A DNA stretch of 64,000 bases, from positions 1,736,001-1,800,000 of the forward strand of contig NC_000964.3 of the NCBI RefSeq assembly GCF_000009045.1, given 5' to 3'. Every line of letters starts with the position of its first letter. The first letter of the stretch is position 1. The DNA comes from Bacillus subtilis subsp. subtilis str. 168. Lineage in GTDB: Bacteria; Bacillota; Bacilli; Bacillales; Bacillaceae. Made by a program: the position numbers and the translations under genes. Of this stretch, positions 53,943 to 64,000 are shown piece by piece. The notes below the pieces were generated by a model. That model was not told where the DNA came from. It did not search any database and was given only the letters and a program-made list of their open reading frames with translations.

Positions 53943-55205
53943 ATGGTTTCAGCCGGAATAGAAGCGATGAATGTCTTTGGCGGAACGGCATACCTTGATG
54001 TCATGGAGCTGGCCAAATACAGACACTTAGATACTGCGAGATTTGAAAATTTATTAATGAAAGAAAAAGCGGTAGCACTGCCTTATGAAGATCCCGTGAC
54101 CTTCGGAGTCAATGCAGCTAAGCCGATTATTGATGCTTTATCTGAAGCAGAGAAGGACCGGATTGAATTGCTGATCACTTGCTCTGAATCCGGGATCGAC
54201 TTTGGGAAATCGTTAAGTACATATATCCATGAATATTTAGGTCTCAACCGCAACTGCCGTTTGTTTGAGGTTAAACAGGCGTGTTATTCAGGGACAGCGG
54301 GATTTCAGATGGCGGTGAATTTTATATTATCCCAGACTTCTCCGGGTGCCAAAGCACTGGTTATCGCCAGTGATATTTCACGTTTTTTAATCGCTGAGGG
54401 CGGAGACGCTTTAAGCGAAGATTGGTCTTATGCGGAACCGAGCGCCGGAGCGGGAGCGGTGGCCGTTTTAGTTGGCGAAAATCCCGAGGTGTTTCAAATA
54501 GATCCCGGAGCAAATGGTTATTACGGCTATGAAGTGATGGACACGTGCCGCCCCATTCCCGACAGTGAAGCGGGAGATTCTGATCTGTCTTTAATGTCAT
54601 ATTTGGATTGCTGCGAACAGACTTTTCTGGAATATCAAAAGCGTGTACCGGGTGCCAATTATCAGGACACGTTTCAATATCTTGCTTACCATACGCCCTT
54701 TGGCGGGATGGTGAAAGGTGCGCACCGGACAATGATGCGTAAGGTAGCGAAGGTGAAAACATCCGGGATTGAGACGGATTTTTTAACTCGGGTAAAACCA
54801 GGTTTAAACTACTGTCAACGGGTTGGAAATATTATGGGGGCAGCCTTGTTTCTGGCATTGGCCAGCACGATAGACCAAGGGAGATTTGATACGCCTAAAC
54901 GAATTGGCTGTTTTTCCTACGGATCCGGCTGCTGTTCTGAATTTTACAGCGGAATTACAACTCCGCAAGGCCAGGAGCGTCAGCGAACATTTGGTATTGA
55001 GAAGCATTTGGATCGCCGGTATCAGCTCTCCATGGAAGAGTATGAGCTATTGTTTAAGGGGAGCGGGATGGTGCGGTTTGGGACGCGCAATGTAAAGCTG
55101 GACTTTGAGATGATACCGGGCATCATGCAGTCCACTCAAGAGAAGCCGCGCTTGTTTTTAGAAGAAATTTCTGAGTTTCATCGGAAGTACAGGTGGATCT
55201 CGTGA
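53943..55205 (+). CDS. pksG: HMG-CoA synthase-like beta-branching enzyme
   Basis: YEDPVT, KQACYSG, YHTPF, VGNIMGA, FSYGSG. Confidence 0.96.
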   Translation: MVSAGIEAMNVFGGTAYLDVMELAKYRHLDTARFENLLMKEKAVALPYEDPVTFGVNAAKPIIDALSEAEKDRIELLITCSESGIDFGKSLSTYIHEYLGLNRNCRLFEVKQACYSGTAGFQMAVNFILSQTSPGAKALVIASDISRFLIAEGGDALSEDWSYAEPSAGAGAVAVLVGENPEVFQIDPGANGYYGYEVMDTCRPIPDSEAGDSDLSLMSYLDCCEQTFLEYQKRVPGANYQDTFQYLAYHTPFGGMVKGAHRTMMRKVAKVKTSGIETDFLTRVKPGLNYCQRVGNIMGAALFLALASTIDQGRFDTPKRIGCFSYGSGCCSEFYSGITTPQGQERQRTFGIEKHLDRRYQLSMEEYELLFKGSGMVRFGTRNVKLDFEMIPGIMQSTQEKPRLFLEEISEFHRKYRWIS

Positions 55206-55972
55206 CCTATCAAACGATAAAGGTCCGCTTTCAAGCATCGGTTTGCTATATTACCTTTCACCGTCCTGAAGCGAATAATACGATTAATGACACGCTGATA
55301 GAAGAATGCTTGCAAGTGTTAAACCAATGTGAAACATCAACGGTGACGGTTGTCGTTTTAGAGGGGCTTCCCGAGGTGTTTTGTTTCGGAGCGGATTTTC
55401 AAGAAATCTATCAGGAAATGAAAAGGGGCAGAAAACAGGCAAGCTCCCAAGAGCCTCTCTATGATTTGTGGATGAAATTGCAGACCGGCCCTTATGTCAC
55501 GATTTCGCATGTCAGGGGAAAAGTGAATGCCGGCGGTCTTGGATTTGTATCTGCCACAGATATTGCCATTGCTGATCAGACGGCGTCATTCAGTCTCTCT
55601 GAGCTGCTATTCGGCCTGTACCCTGCTTGTGTTTTACCGTTTCTGATCCGCCGTATCGGCCGGCAGAAAGCGCATTATATGACGCTTATGACAAAGCCGA
55701 TTTCCGTTCAGGAAGCCAGTGAATGGGGGTTAATAGATGCTTTTGATGCTGAAAGTGACGTGCTGCTGAGAAAGCATTTATTGCGTTTGCGGAGGCTGAA
55801 TAAAAAAGGAATCGCACATTATAAACAGTTTATGAGCTCACTTGATCATCAAGTCAGTCGTGCGAAAGCCACCGCTTTAACTGCAAATCAAGACATGTTT
55901 TCTGATCCTCAAAACCAAATGGGAATCATCAGGTATGTTGAAACAGGACAATTCCCATGGGAGGATCAGTAA
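55193..55972 (+). CDS. pksH: Enoyl-CoA hydratase-like dehydratase
   Basis: Crotonase fold: FCFGADF, AGGLG, SELLFGLYP. Confidence 0.94.
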   Translation: MDLVTYQTIKVRFQASVCYITFHRPEANNTINDTLIEECLQVLNQCETSTVTVVVLEGLPEVFCFGADFQEIYQEMKRGRKQASSQEPLYDLWMKLQTGPYVTISHVRGKVNAGGLGFVSATDIAIADQTASFSLSELLFGLYPACVLPFLIRRIGRQKAHYMTLMTKPISVQEASEWGLIDAFDAESDVLLRKHLLRLRRLNKKGIAHYKQFMSSLDHQVSRAKATALTANQDMFSDPQNQMGIIRYVETGQFPWEDQ

Positions 55973-56011
55973 CCGTTTAAAAATGACAATCAGAACCGTT
56001 AGGAGGACATC

Positions 56012-56761
56012 ATGACGCATTCTGTTGTAGAGCTTATCGAAATTGAATCCGCCATTATTCAGGTAAAGATGCAAGATCGCACTCATAAAAACGCGTTTTC
56101 ACAAGAACTTACAGACGATTTAATTCAAGCGTTTGAATACATACGGCAGAATCCCAAATACAAAGCGGTCATTTTGACAGGATATGATAATTATTTTGCT
56201 TCAGGAGGAACGCAAGAAGGACTGCTTCGAATTCAACAGGGATTGACCAAGTTCACTGATGACAATCTTTATTCTCTGGCGCTGGATTGCGAGATTCCAG
56301 TTATTGCGGCAATGCAGGGCCATGGAATTGGAGGCGGCTTTGTCATGGGGCTCTTTGCTGACATTGTCATTCTGAGCAGAGAAAGCGTGTATACGGCTAA
56401 TTTTATGAAATACGGATTTACGCCTGGAATGGGCGCTACCTTTATCGTTCCTAAAAAACTGGGTTTCAGCCTGGCCCAGGAAATATTATTGAATGCGGGC
56501 AGCTACCGCGGAGCTGATCTTGAAAAAAGAGGGGTTCCTTTTAAGGTGCTGCCCCGTGCAGAAGTGTTAGATTATGCAGTGGAGCTGGCGCAAGAACTGG
56601 CGGAAAAGCCGAGAAACTCACTGGTTACACTGAAAGATCATTTGGTTGCCCCGCTTCGCGATCAGCTGCCGCGCGTCATTGAACAGGAATTGATGATGCA
56701 TGAGAAAACATTTCATCATGAAGAAGTCAAAAGTAGAATCAAAGGTTTATATGGTAATTAA
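56012..56761 (+). CDS. pksI: Enoyl-CoA hydratase-like decarboxylase
   Basis: FASGGTQ, GHGIGGG, YGFTPGMG. Confidence 0.94.
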   Translation: MTHSVVELIEIESAIIQVKMQDRTHKNAFSQELTDDLIQAFEYIRQNPKYKAVILTGYDNYFASGGTQEGLLRIQQGLTKFTDDNLYSLALDCEIPVIAAMQGHGIGGGFVMGLFADIVILSRESVYTANFMKYGFTPGMGATFIVPKKLGFSLAQEILLNAGSYRGADLEKRGVPFKVLPRAEVLDYAVELAQELAEKPRNSLVTLKDHLVAPLRDQLPRVIEQELMMHEKTFHHEEVKSRIKGLYGN

Positions 56762-56805
56762 CTGAAAATATATATAAATTTTGCAGGTGAAATGGAGGCA
56801 GCGTG

Positions 56806-59800
56806 ATGAGAAATAATGATAATATCCGCATATTAACTAATCCTTCTGTCAGTCATGGGGAGCCTTTACATATATCTGAAAAGCAGCCGGCAACAATACC
56901 TGAAGTTTTATACAGAACGGCGACGGAGCTTGGGGATACAAAGGGAATCATTTATTTGCAGCCGGATGGAACTGAAGTTTACCAATCATACAGACGATTA
57001 TGGGATGATGGATTGCGCATTGCGAAGGGGCTTCGCCAATCAGGCCTGAAAGCAAAACAAAGCGTGATTTTGCAGCTTGGTGACAATTCACAGCTTCTCC
57101 CTGCGTTCTGGGGGTGTGTGTTAACAGGGGTTGTTCCGGCTCCATTAGCCGTTCCGCCAACGTATGCTGAATCGAGCAGCGGCACTCAAAAGCTGAAAGA
57201 CGCATGGACGCTTCTTGATAAGCCAGCGGTGATTACGGACCGGGGGATGCATCAGGAAATGCTCGATTGGGCAAAAGAACAAGGGCTTGAAGGGTTCAGG
57301 GCAATTATTGTAGAGGATCTGCTCAGCGCTGAAGCGGACACAGATTGGCATCAATCCAGTCCTGAAGACTTAGCGCTTTTATTGCTGACTTCAGGCAGTA
57401 CGGGAACGCCCAAAGCAGTTATGCTTAATCATCGTAACATTATGAGCATGGTGAAAGGGATTATTCAAATGCAAGGCTTCACCAGAGAGGATATTACGTT
57501 TAACTGGATGCCGTTTGACCATGTCGGAGGGATCGGAATGCTGCATTTGCGGGATGTTTATCTTGGCTGTCAGGAAATTAACGTCTCAAGCGAAACGATC
57601 TTAATGGAGCCGTTGAAATGGCTGGATTGGATTGATCATTACCGAGCTTCTGTTACGTGGGCGCCGAATTTTGCGTTTGGTCTGGTTACTGATTTTGCAG
57701 AAGAAATAAAAGATAAGAAATGGGATCTGTCTTCAATGCGATACATGCTCAATGGCGGTGAAGCAATGGTAGCCAAGGTAGGGCGTAGAATACTTGAGCT
57801 TTTAGAACCACATGGACTGCCTGCTGACGCCATCCGACCTGCCTGGGGAATGTCCGAAACTTCATCGGGCGTTATTTTTTCTCATGAATTTACCCGGGCT
57901 GGAACAAGTGATGATGATCATTTTGTTGAAATAGGCTCTCCAATCCCCGGCTTCTCTATGAGAATTGTGAATGACCATAATGAATTGGTTGAAGAGGGTG
58001 AGATCGGCCGTTTTCAAGTCTCGGGTCTTTCTGTTACTAGCGGTTATTACCAGCGGCCTGATTTGAATGAGAGTGTGTTTACAGAAGACGGCTGGTTTGA
58101 AACCGGAGATCTTGGCTTTTTGCGAAACGGGCGCTTAACCATAACAGGCCGTACGAAAGATGCAATTATCATTAACGGCATTAATTATTACAGTCATGCA
58201 ATTGAGTCTGCAGTTGAAGAATTACCTGAAATTGAAACTTCTTATACTGCTGCTTGCGCTGTCCGTCTGGGCCAGAATTCAACAGATCAGCTGGCTATCT
58301 TCTTTGTTACTTCCGCAAAATTAAATGATGAGCAGATGTCTCAGCTTCTTAGAAACATACAATCCCATGTCTCACAGGTGATCGGAGTCACCCCGGAATA
58401 TTTGCTGCCTGTACAAAAAGAAGAGATTCCAAAAACGGCTATCGGAAAGATCCAGCGCACCCAGCTAAAAACTTCATTTGAAAATGGAGAGTTCGACCAC
58501 TTGCTACATAAACCCAATCGGATGAACGATGCAGTCCAGGATGAGGGGATACAGCAAGCAGACCAGGTGAAAAGAGTAAGGGAAGAAATACAGAAGCATC
58601 TGCTCACCTGTTTGACTGAGGAGCTGCACGTTTCCCACGATTGGGTGGAGCCAAATGCAAATATCCAAAGTCTTGGTGTGAATTCTATCAAGATGATGAA
58701 GCTCATTCGATCGATCGAGAAAAACTATCATATCAAACTAACAGCTAGAGAGATACATCAATATCCTACAATTGAACGCTTAGCCAGCTATCTATCAGAA
58801 CATGAAGACCTCAGCAGCTTGTCTGCTGACAAAAAGGGCACGGACACATATAAAACCGAACCGGAAAGGAGTCAGGCAACTTTTCAGCCTCTCTCTGAGG
58901 TTCAAAAAGGATTATGGACATTGCAAAAAATGTCACCCGAAAAAAGTGCATATCACGTACCTCTCTGTTTTAAATTTTCGTCAGGGCTTCACCATGAAAC
59001 ATTCCAGCAGGCTTTCGGCCTTGTATTGAATCAGCACCCAATCTTAAAGCACGTCATCCAAGAGAAAGACGGAGTGCCATTTCTTAAAAATGAGCCAGCA
59101 CTTTCAATTGAAATCAAGACAGAAAATATCTCAAGTTTGAAAGAGTCTGATATTCCTGCTTTTCTTAGAAAGAAAGTAAAGGAACCGTATGTAAAGGAAA
59201 ACAGCCCGTTAGTGCGTGTCATGAGCTTTTCCAGATCTGAACAAGAGCATTTTTTATTAGTTGTCATTCACCATTTGATTTTTGACGGAGTTTCGTCTGT
59301 CACATTTATACGCAGTCTGTTTGATACCTATCAGCTTCTTTTAAAAGGACAGCAGCCGGAAAAAGCTGTTTCTCCTGCCATTTATCATGATTTTGCGGCA
59401 TGGGAGAAAAACATGCTTGCCGGCAAAGACGGTGTGAAGCACCGTACATATTGGCAGAAACAGCTATCGGGAACTTTGCCGAATCTTCAGCTGCCTAATG
59501 TCAGCGCAAGTTCAGTCGATTCTCAGTTTAGAGAGGATACATACACCAGGCGGTTGTCCAGCGGCTTCATGAATCAGGTCAGAACGTTTGCGAAAGAGCA
59601 TTCTGTAAATGTCACGACGGTATTCTTAAGCTGCTATATGATGCTGCTTGGCCGTTACACAGGCCAAAAAGAACAGATCGTCGGCATGCCGGCCATGGTG
59701 AGGCCGGAAGAAAGATTTGATGATGCCATTGGACATTTTCTCAATATGCTCCCGATTCGGAGTGAGCTGAACCCGGCAGACACTTTTTCTAGCTTTATAT

Positions 59801-62800
59801 CAAAATTGCAATTAACGATATTGGATGGGCTTGATCATGCAGCATATCCTTTTCCAAAAATGGTGAGGGATCTGAATATTCCTCGCAGTCAAGCAGGTTC
59901 ACCGGTATTTCAAACCGCTTTTTTCTATCAGAATTTTCTTCAATCCGGAAGCTATCAAAGCTTGCTGAGCCGCTATGCTGACTTCTTTTCTGTCGATTTC
60001 GTTGAGTATATTCACCAAGAGGGCGAATACGAATTAGTATTTGAACTGTGGGAAACAGAAGAAAAAATGGAGCTGAACATCAAGTACAATACTGGGCTGT
60101 TTGATGCGGCTTCTATATCCGCCATGTTCGACCATTTTGTTTATGTAACAGAGCAGGCGATGTTGAATCCTTCTCAGCCTTTAAAAGAGTATTCTTTATT
60201 ACCTGAGGCAGAGAAGCAGATGATTCTCAAAACATGGAACGCCACAGGAAAAACGTATCCATATATAACTTTTCATGAGTTGTTTGAGCAGCAGGCGAAA
60301 AAGACGCCTGATAGAGCGGCTGTCAGCTATGAAGGTCAAACATTGACGTATCGGGAGCTTGATGAGAAAAGCACACAGCTGGCCATTTATTTGCAGGCGC
60401 ATGGAGTGGGTCCTGACCGTCTGGCGGGGATCTATGTGGATCGATCGCTGGACATGCTAGTGGGTTTATTAGCGATCCTCAAGGCTGGGGGAGCGTATGT
60501 GCCGCTAGACCCGTCCTATCCGGCTGAACGATTAGAATACATGCTTGAGGACAGTGAAGTTTTCATTACACTGACGACATCGGAATTAGTAAATACGTTG
60601 AGTTGGAACGGTGTCACAACAGCCCTTTTAGATCAAGATTGGGATGAAATTGCTCAAACAGCCTCTGATCGAAAAGTGCTTACACGCACTGTCACGCCAG
60701 AGAACTTGGCATATGTCATTTATACATCCGGCAGCACAGGAAAGCCAAAAGGTGTCATGATACCACATAAAGCTTTGACAAACTTTCTCGTTTCGATGGG
60801 GGAAACACCAGGTCTTACGGCAGAGGATAAAATGCTTGCTGTCACAACCTACTGTTTTGATATTGCAGCTCTGGAATTATTTTTGCCTTTAATAAAGGGC
60901 GCACACTGCTATATTTGTCAAACGGAGCATACAAAAGACGTTGAAAAACTGAAACGGGACATCCGCGCGATCAAACCGACAGTGATGCAGGCAACCCCCG
61001 CTACGTGGAAGATGCTCTTTTATTCAGGCTGGGAAAATGAAGAGAGCGTGAAAATTTTATGCGGTGGCGAAGCATTGCCTGAGACATTAAAACGATATTT
61101 CTTAGATACGGGCAGCGAAGCCTGGAATATGTTCGGGCCAACCGAAACAACTATCTGGTCAGCGGTTCAGCGCATTAACGTTGAATGCTCTCATGCCACG
61201 ATAGGAAGGCCAATCGCCAATACACAAATCTATATTACGGATTCTCAGCTCGCGCCAGTGCCGGCAGGTGTTCCGGGTGAGCTGTGCATTGCAGGAGACG
61301 GTGTGGCGAAGGGCTACTACAAAAAGGAAGAATTAACGGATTCGAGATTCATTGACAACCCTTTTGAGCCTGGGTCTAAGCTTTATAGAACGGGAGACAT
61401 GGCCCGTTGGCTTACGGGAGGGCGAATTGAATATATAGGCCGCATCGATAATCAAGTAAAAATCCGCGGATTCCGTATTGAACTTGGTGATATTGAAAGC
61501 AGGCTTAGTGAGCATCCCGGCATTCTGGAATGCGTTGTGGTCGCAGATATGGATAACCTAGCTGCCTATTATACAGCTAAACATGCAAATGCTTCTCTCA
61601 CAGCGAGAGAGCTGCGTCATTTTGTGAAAAACGCTTTGCCTGCCTATATGGTGCCTTCTTATTTTATTCAGCTTGATCATATGCCGTTAACTCCGAACGG
61701 AAAGATAGATAGAAACAGCCTTAAGAATATCGATTTATCAGGGGAGCAGCTAAAGCAAAGGCAGACCTCTCCTAAGAACATTCAGGATACTGTTTTTACC
61801 ATTTGGCAGGAAGTGCTGAAAACGAGTGACATTGAATGGGATGACGGATTTTTCGATGTGGGCGGGGATTCGCTTCTCGCGGTCACTGTGGCTGATCGTA
61901 TCAAACATGAACTATCCTGTGAGTTTTCTGTCACAGACCTGTTTGAGTATTCAACGATTAAAAATATCAGCCAGTACATCACTGAACAGCGAATGGGCGA
62001 TGCAAGTGACCATATACCGACAGACCCGGCAGCTCATATAGAAGATCAGTCTACCGAGATGAGTGATCTCCCGGACTATTATGACGATAGTGTGGCGATT
62101 ATTGGCATATCGTGTGAATTTCCAGGGGCAAAAAATCATGATGAATTTTGGGAGAACCTCAGAGACGGCAAGGAAAGCATTGCGTTTTTCAATAAAGAAG
62201 AGCTTCAGCGCTTTGGCATTTCAAAGGAGATAGCGGAGAATGCCGACTATGTCCCTGCTAAAGCTTCAATTGATGGGAAAGACAGATTTGATCCAAGCTT
62301 CTTTCAAATCTCTCCTAAAGACGCTGAATTTATGGACCCTCAGCTTCGGATGCTGCTGACTCATTCATGGAAAGCAATAGAAGATGCCGGTTATGCTGCG
62401 AGGCAGATTCCGCAAACCAGTGTTTTTATGTCGGCAAGCAATAATTCTTATCGCGCGCTGCTGCCGTCAGATACAACAGAGAGCCTGGAGACGCCGGACG
62501 GCTATGTTTCGTGGGTGCTTGCACAGAGCGGGACGATTCCGACAATGATTTCTCATAAGCTCGGGCTGAGAGGGCCAAGCTATTTTGTCCATGCCAACTG
62601 CTCATCCTCTCTGATTGGATTGCATTCTGCCTATAAGAGCCTCCTGTCGGGTGAATCTGATTATGCTTTAGTTGGCGGTGCAACGCTGCATACCGAGTCA
62701 AATATCGGATATGTGCATCAGCCTGGGCTGAACTTTTCGAGTGATGGACATATTAAAGCTTTTGACGCTTCAGCTGACGGAATGATAGGCGGTGAGGGCG

Positions 62801-64000
62801 TTGCTGTTGTATTGCTGAAAAAAGCAGCTGATGCAGTAAAGGACGGGGATCATATCTATGCCTTGCTGAGAGGCATTGGTGTAAATAACGACGGCGCTGA
62901 CAAAGTCGGCTTTTATGCTCCAAGCGTTAAAGGCCAGGCTGACGTGGTCCAACAGGTCATGAATCAAACGAAGGTACAGCCTGAATCCATCTGCTATGTA
63001 GAAGCACACGGGACCGGAACGAAGCTGGGGGACCCGATCGAGCTGGCGGCTTTAACAAACGTTTACAGGCAATATACAAATAAAACGCAATTTTGCGGCA
63101 TTGGGTCGGTGAAAACCAATATCGGACATTTAGATACAGCCGCCGGTCTTGCGGGCTGCATTAAGGTTGTGATGAGTCTTTATCATCAAGAGCTTGCACC
63201 GAGTGTCAATTATAAGGAGCCGAATCCAAATACAGACTTAGCCAGCTCTCCTTTTTACGTCGTCGATCAAAAGAAAACGTTAAGCCGTGAGATCAAAACG
63301 CACAGGGCTGCACTTAGCTCGTTCGGGCTTGGCGGGACAAATACCCATGCCATTTTTGAACAATTCAAAAGGGATTCAGATAAGGGAAAGATAGACGGAA
63401 CCTGCATCGTCCCGATCTCGGCGAAAAATAAAGAGAGGCTGCAAGAGTATGCAGAAGACATTCTGGCCTATTTAGAAAGAAGAGGGTTTGAGAACAGCCA
63501 GCTGCCTGATTTTGCGTATACCCTTCAGGTGGGGCGCGAAGCGATGGAGCATCGCGTTGTCTTTATTGCCGATCATGTAAATGAGTTAAAACAGAGGCTC
63601 ACAGATTTTATCAATGGAAATACAGCGATTGAAGGCTGTTTTCAAGGAAGTAAGCACAATGCCAGAGAGGTTTCATGGCTGACGGAGGATGAGGACAGCG
63701 CTGAACTCATACGTAAGTGGATGGCCAAAGGAAAAGTAAACAAGCTTGCAGAAATGTGGAGCAAGGGAGCGCATATAGATTGGATGCAGCTTTACAAGGG
63801 AGAGCGCCCAAACAGAATGAGTCTGCCGACTTATCCATTTGCAAAGGAACGATACTGGCCGTCGCAGGATGACCGCAAACCGGTGGCGCAGATATCCGGA
63901 AATCAGACAGGGATCGGCTCTATTCATCCATTGCTTCATCAGAATACATCTGATTTTTCTGAACAGAAATTCAGTTCGGTTTTCACTGGTGACGAATTTT
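56806..64000 (+). CDS. pksJ: Hybrid NRPS/trans-AT PKS PksJ (3' truncated): A-PCP-C-A-PCP-KS-...-DH start
   Basis: Frame 1 open from ATG 56806 to window end (frame spot-checked): TSGSTGTPK 57388, GVNS 58675, HHLIFDG 59269, YTSGSTGKPKG 60721, GGDS 61861, ANCSSS (Cys 62599), HGTGT 63007, HPLL 63925; absent from ORF track. Confidence 0.96.
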   Translation, partial: MRNNDNIRILTNPSVSHGEPLHISEKQPATIPEVLYRTATELGDTKGIIYLQPDGTEVYQSYRRLWDDGLRIAKGLRQSGLKAKQSVILQLGDNSQLLPAFWGCVLTGVVPAPLAVPPTYAESSSGTQKLKDAWTLLDKPAVITDRGMHQEMLDWAKEQGLEGFRAIIVEDLLSAEADTDWHQSSPEDLALLLLTSGSTGTPKAVMLNHRNIMSMVKGIIQMQGFTREDITFNWMPFDHVGGIGMLHLRDVYLGCQEINVSSETILMEPLKWLDWIDHYRASVTWAPNFAFGLVTDFAEEIKDKKWDLSSMRYMLNGGEAMVAKVGRRILELLEPHGLPADAIRPAWGMSETSSGVIFSHEFTRAGTSDDDHFVEIGSPIPGFSMRIVNDHNELVEEGEIGRFQVSGLSVTSGYYQRPDLNESVFTEDGWFETGDLGFLRNGRLTITGRTKDAIIINGINYYSHAIESAVEELPEIETSYTAACAVRLGQNSTDQLAIFFVTSAKLNDEQMSQLLRNIQSHVSQVIGVTPEYLLPVQKEEIPKTAIGKIQRTQLKTSFENGEFDHLLHKPNRMNDAVQDEGIQQADQVKRVREEIQKHLLTCLTEELHVSHDWVEPNANIQSLGVNSIKMMKLIRSIEKNYHIKLTAREIHQYPTIERLASYLSEHEDLSSLSADKKGTDTYKTEPERSQATFQPLSEVQKGLWTLQKMSPEKSAYHVPLCFKFSSGLHHETFQQAFGLVLNQHPILKHVIQEKDGVPFLKNEPALSIEIKTENISSLKESDIPAFLRKKVKEPYVKENSPLVRVMSFSRSEQEHFLLVVIHHLIFDGVSSVTFIRSLFDTYQLLLKGQQPEKAVSPAIYHDFAAWEKNMLAGKDGVKHRTYWQKQLSGTLPNLQLPNVSASSVDSQFREDTYTRRLSSGFMNQVRTFAKEHSVNVTTVFLSCYMMLLGRYTGQKEQIVGMPAMVRPEERFDDAIGHFLNMLPIRSELNPADTFSSFISKLQLTILDGLDHAAYPFPKMVRDLNIPRSQAGSPVFQTAFFYQNFLQSGSYQSLLSRYADFFSVDFVEYIHQEGEYELVFELWETEEKMELNIKYNTGLFDAASISAMFDHFVYVTEQAMLNPSQPLKEYSLLPEAEKQMILKTWNATGKTYPYITFHELFEQQAKKTPDRAAVSYEGQTLTYRELDEKSTQLAIYLQAHGVGPDRLAGIYVDRSLDMLVGLLAILKAGGAYVPLDPSYPAERLEYMLEDSEVFITLTTSELVNTLSWNGVTTALLDQDWDEIAQTASDRKVLTRTVTPENLAYVIYTSGSTGKPKGVMIPHKALTNFLVSMGETPGLTAEDKMLAVTTYCFDIAALELFLPLIKGAHCYICQTEHTKDVEKLKRDIRAIKPTVMQATPATWKMLFYSGWENEESVKILCGGEALPETLKRYFLDTGSEAWNMFGPTETTIWSAVQRINVECSHATIGRPIANTQIYITDSQLAPVPAGVPGELCIAGDGVAKGYYKKEELTDSRFIDNPFEPGSKLYRTGDMARWLTGGRIEYIGRIDNQVKIRGFRIELGDIESRLSEHPGILECVVVADMDNLAAYYTAKHANASLTARELRHFVKNALPAYMVPSYFIQLDHMPLTPNGKIDRNSLKNIDLSGEQLKQRQTSPKNIQDTVFTIWQEVLKTSDIEWDDGFFDVGGDSLLAVTVADRIKHELSCEFSVTDLFEYSTIKNISQYITEQRMGDASDHIPTDPAAHIEDQSTEMSDLPDYYDDSVAIIGISCEFPGAKNHDEFWENLRDGKESIAFFNKEELQRFGISKEIAENADYVPAKASIDGKDRFDPSFFQISPKDAEFMDPQLRMLLTHSWKAIEDAGYAARQIPQTSVFMSASNNSYRALLPSDTTESLETPDGYVSWVLAQSGTIPTMISHKLGLRGPSYFVHANCSSSLIGLHSAYKSLLSGESDYALVGGATLHTESNIGYVHQPGLNFSSDGHIKAFDASADGMIGGEGVAVVLLKKAADAVKDGDHIYALLRGIGVNNDGADKVGFYAPSVKGQADVVQQVMNQTKVQPESICYVEAHGTGTKLGDPIELAALTNVYRQYTNKTQFCGIGSVKTNIGHLDTAAGLAGCIKVVMSLYHQELAPSVNYKEPNPNTDLASSPFYVVDQKKTLSREIKTHRAALSSFGLGGTNTHAIFEQFKRDSDKGKIDGTCIVPISAKNKERLQEYAEDILAYLERRGFENSQLPDFAYTLQVGREAMEHRVVFIADHVNELKQRLTDFINGNTAIEGCFQGSKHNAREVSWLTEDEDSAELIRKWMAKGKVNKLAEMWSKGAHIDWMQLYKGERPNRMSLPTYPFAKERYWPSQDDRKPVAQISGNQTGIGSIHPLLHQNTSDFSEQKFSSVFTGDEF

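Noticed and set aside
56855-63939. Short ORFs listed within the pksJ span
   Set aside because: Alternative-frame or antisense artefacts of the continuous pksJ frame.

Overview
Bacillus subtilis chromosomal segment, apparently strain 168-like (recognised from protein sequences and gene order, not from a database search). Nearly all genes are on the + strand. Order: infB 3' end, ylxP-rbfA-truB-ribC, rpsO, pnp, swsB(ylxY)-mlpA-ymxH, spoVFA-spoVFB-asd-dapG-dapA, rnjB, tepA-ylzJ, spoIIIE, ymfC-ymfD, ymfF-ymfH-ymfI-ymfJ, a frameshifted ymfK, rodZ-pgsA-cinA-recA, pbpX, rny-ymdB, spoVS, tdh-kbl, miaB-ricA, cotE, mutS-mutL, ymzD and ymcC (minus), pksA, then the start of the bacillaene trans-AT PKS/NRPS cluster (pksB-C-D-E, acpK, pksF-G-H-I and the first ~2398 codons of pksJ, which the ORF track omits because it has no stop in the window). 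I saw no rRNA, tRNA, CRISPR array, IS element or prophage. Most of the window is well-characterised core genome. The best candidates for undescribed biology are small elements missed by the ORF track: (1) a self-contained 27-codon gene (promoter, RBS, own terminator) between mutL and ymzD; (2) a divergent ymcC/pksA switch with two palindromic operators and an apparently leaderless pksA mRNA; (3) a 21-aa hydrophobic peptide ORF with a strong RBS antisense in the pksC-pksD gap; (4) a 2-nt GT-repeat contraction that splits ymfK.
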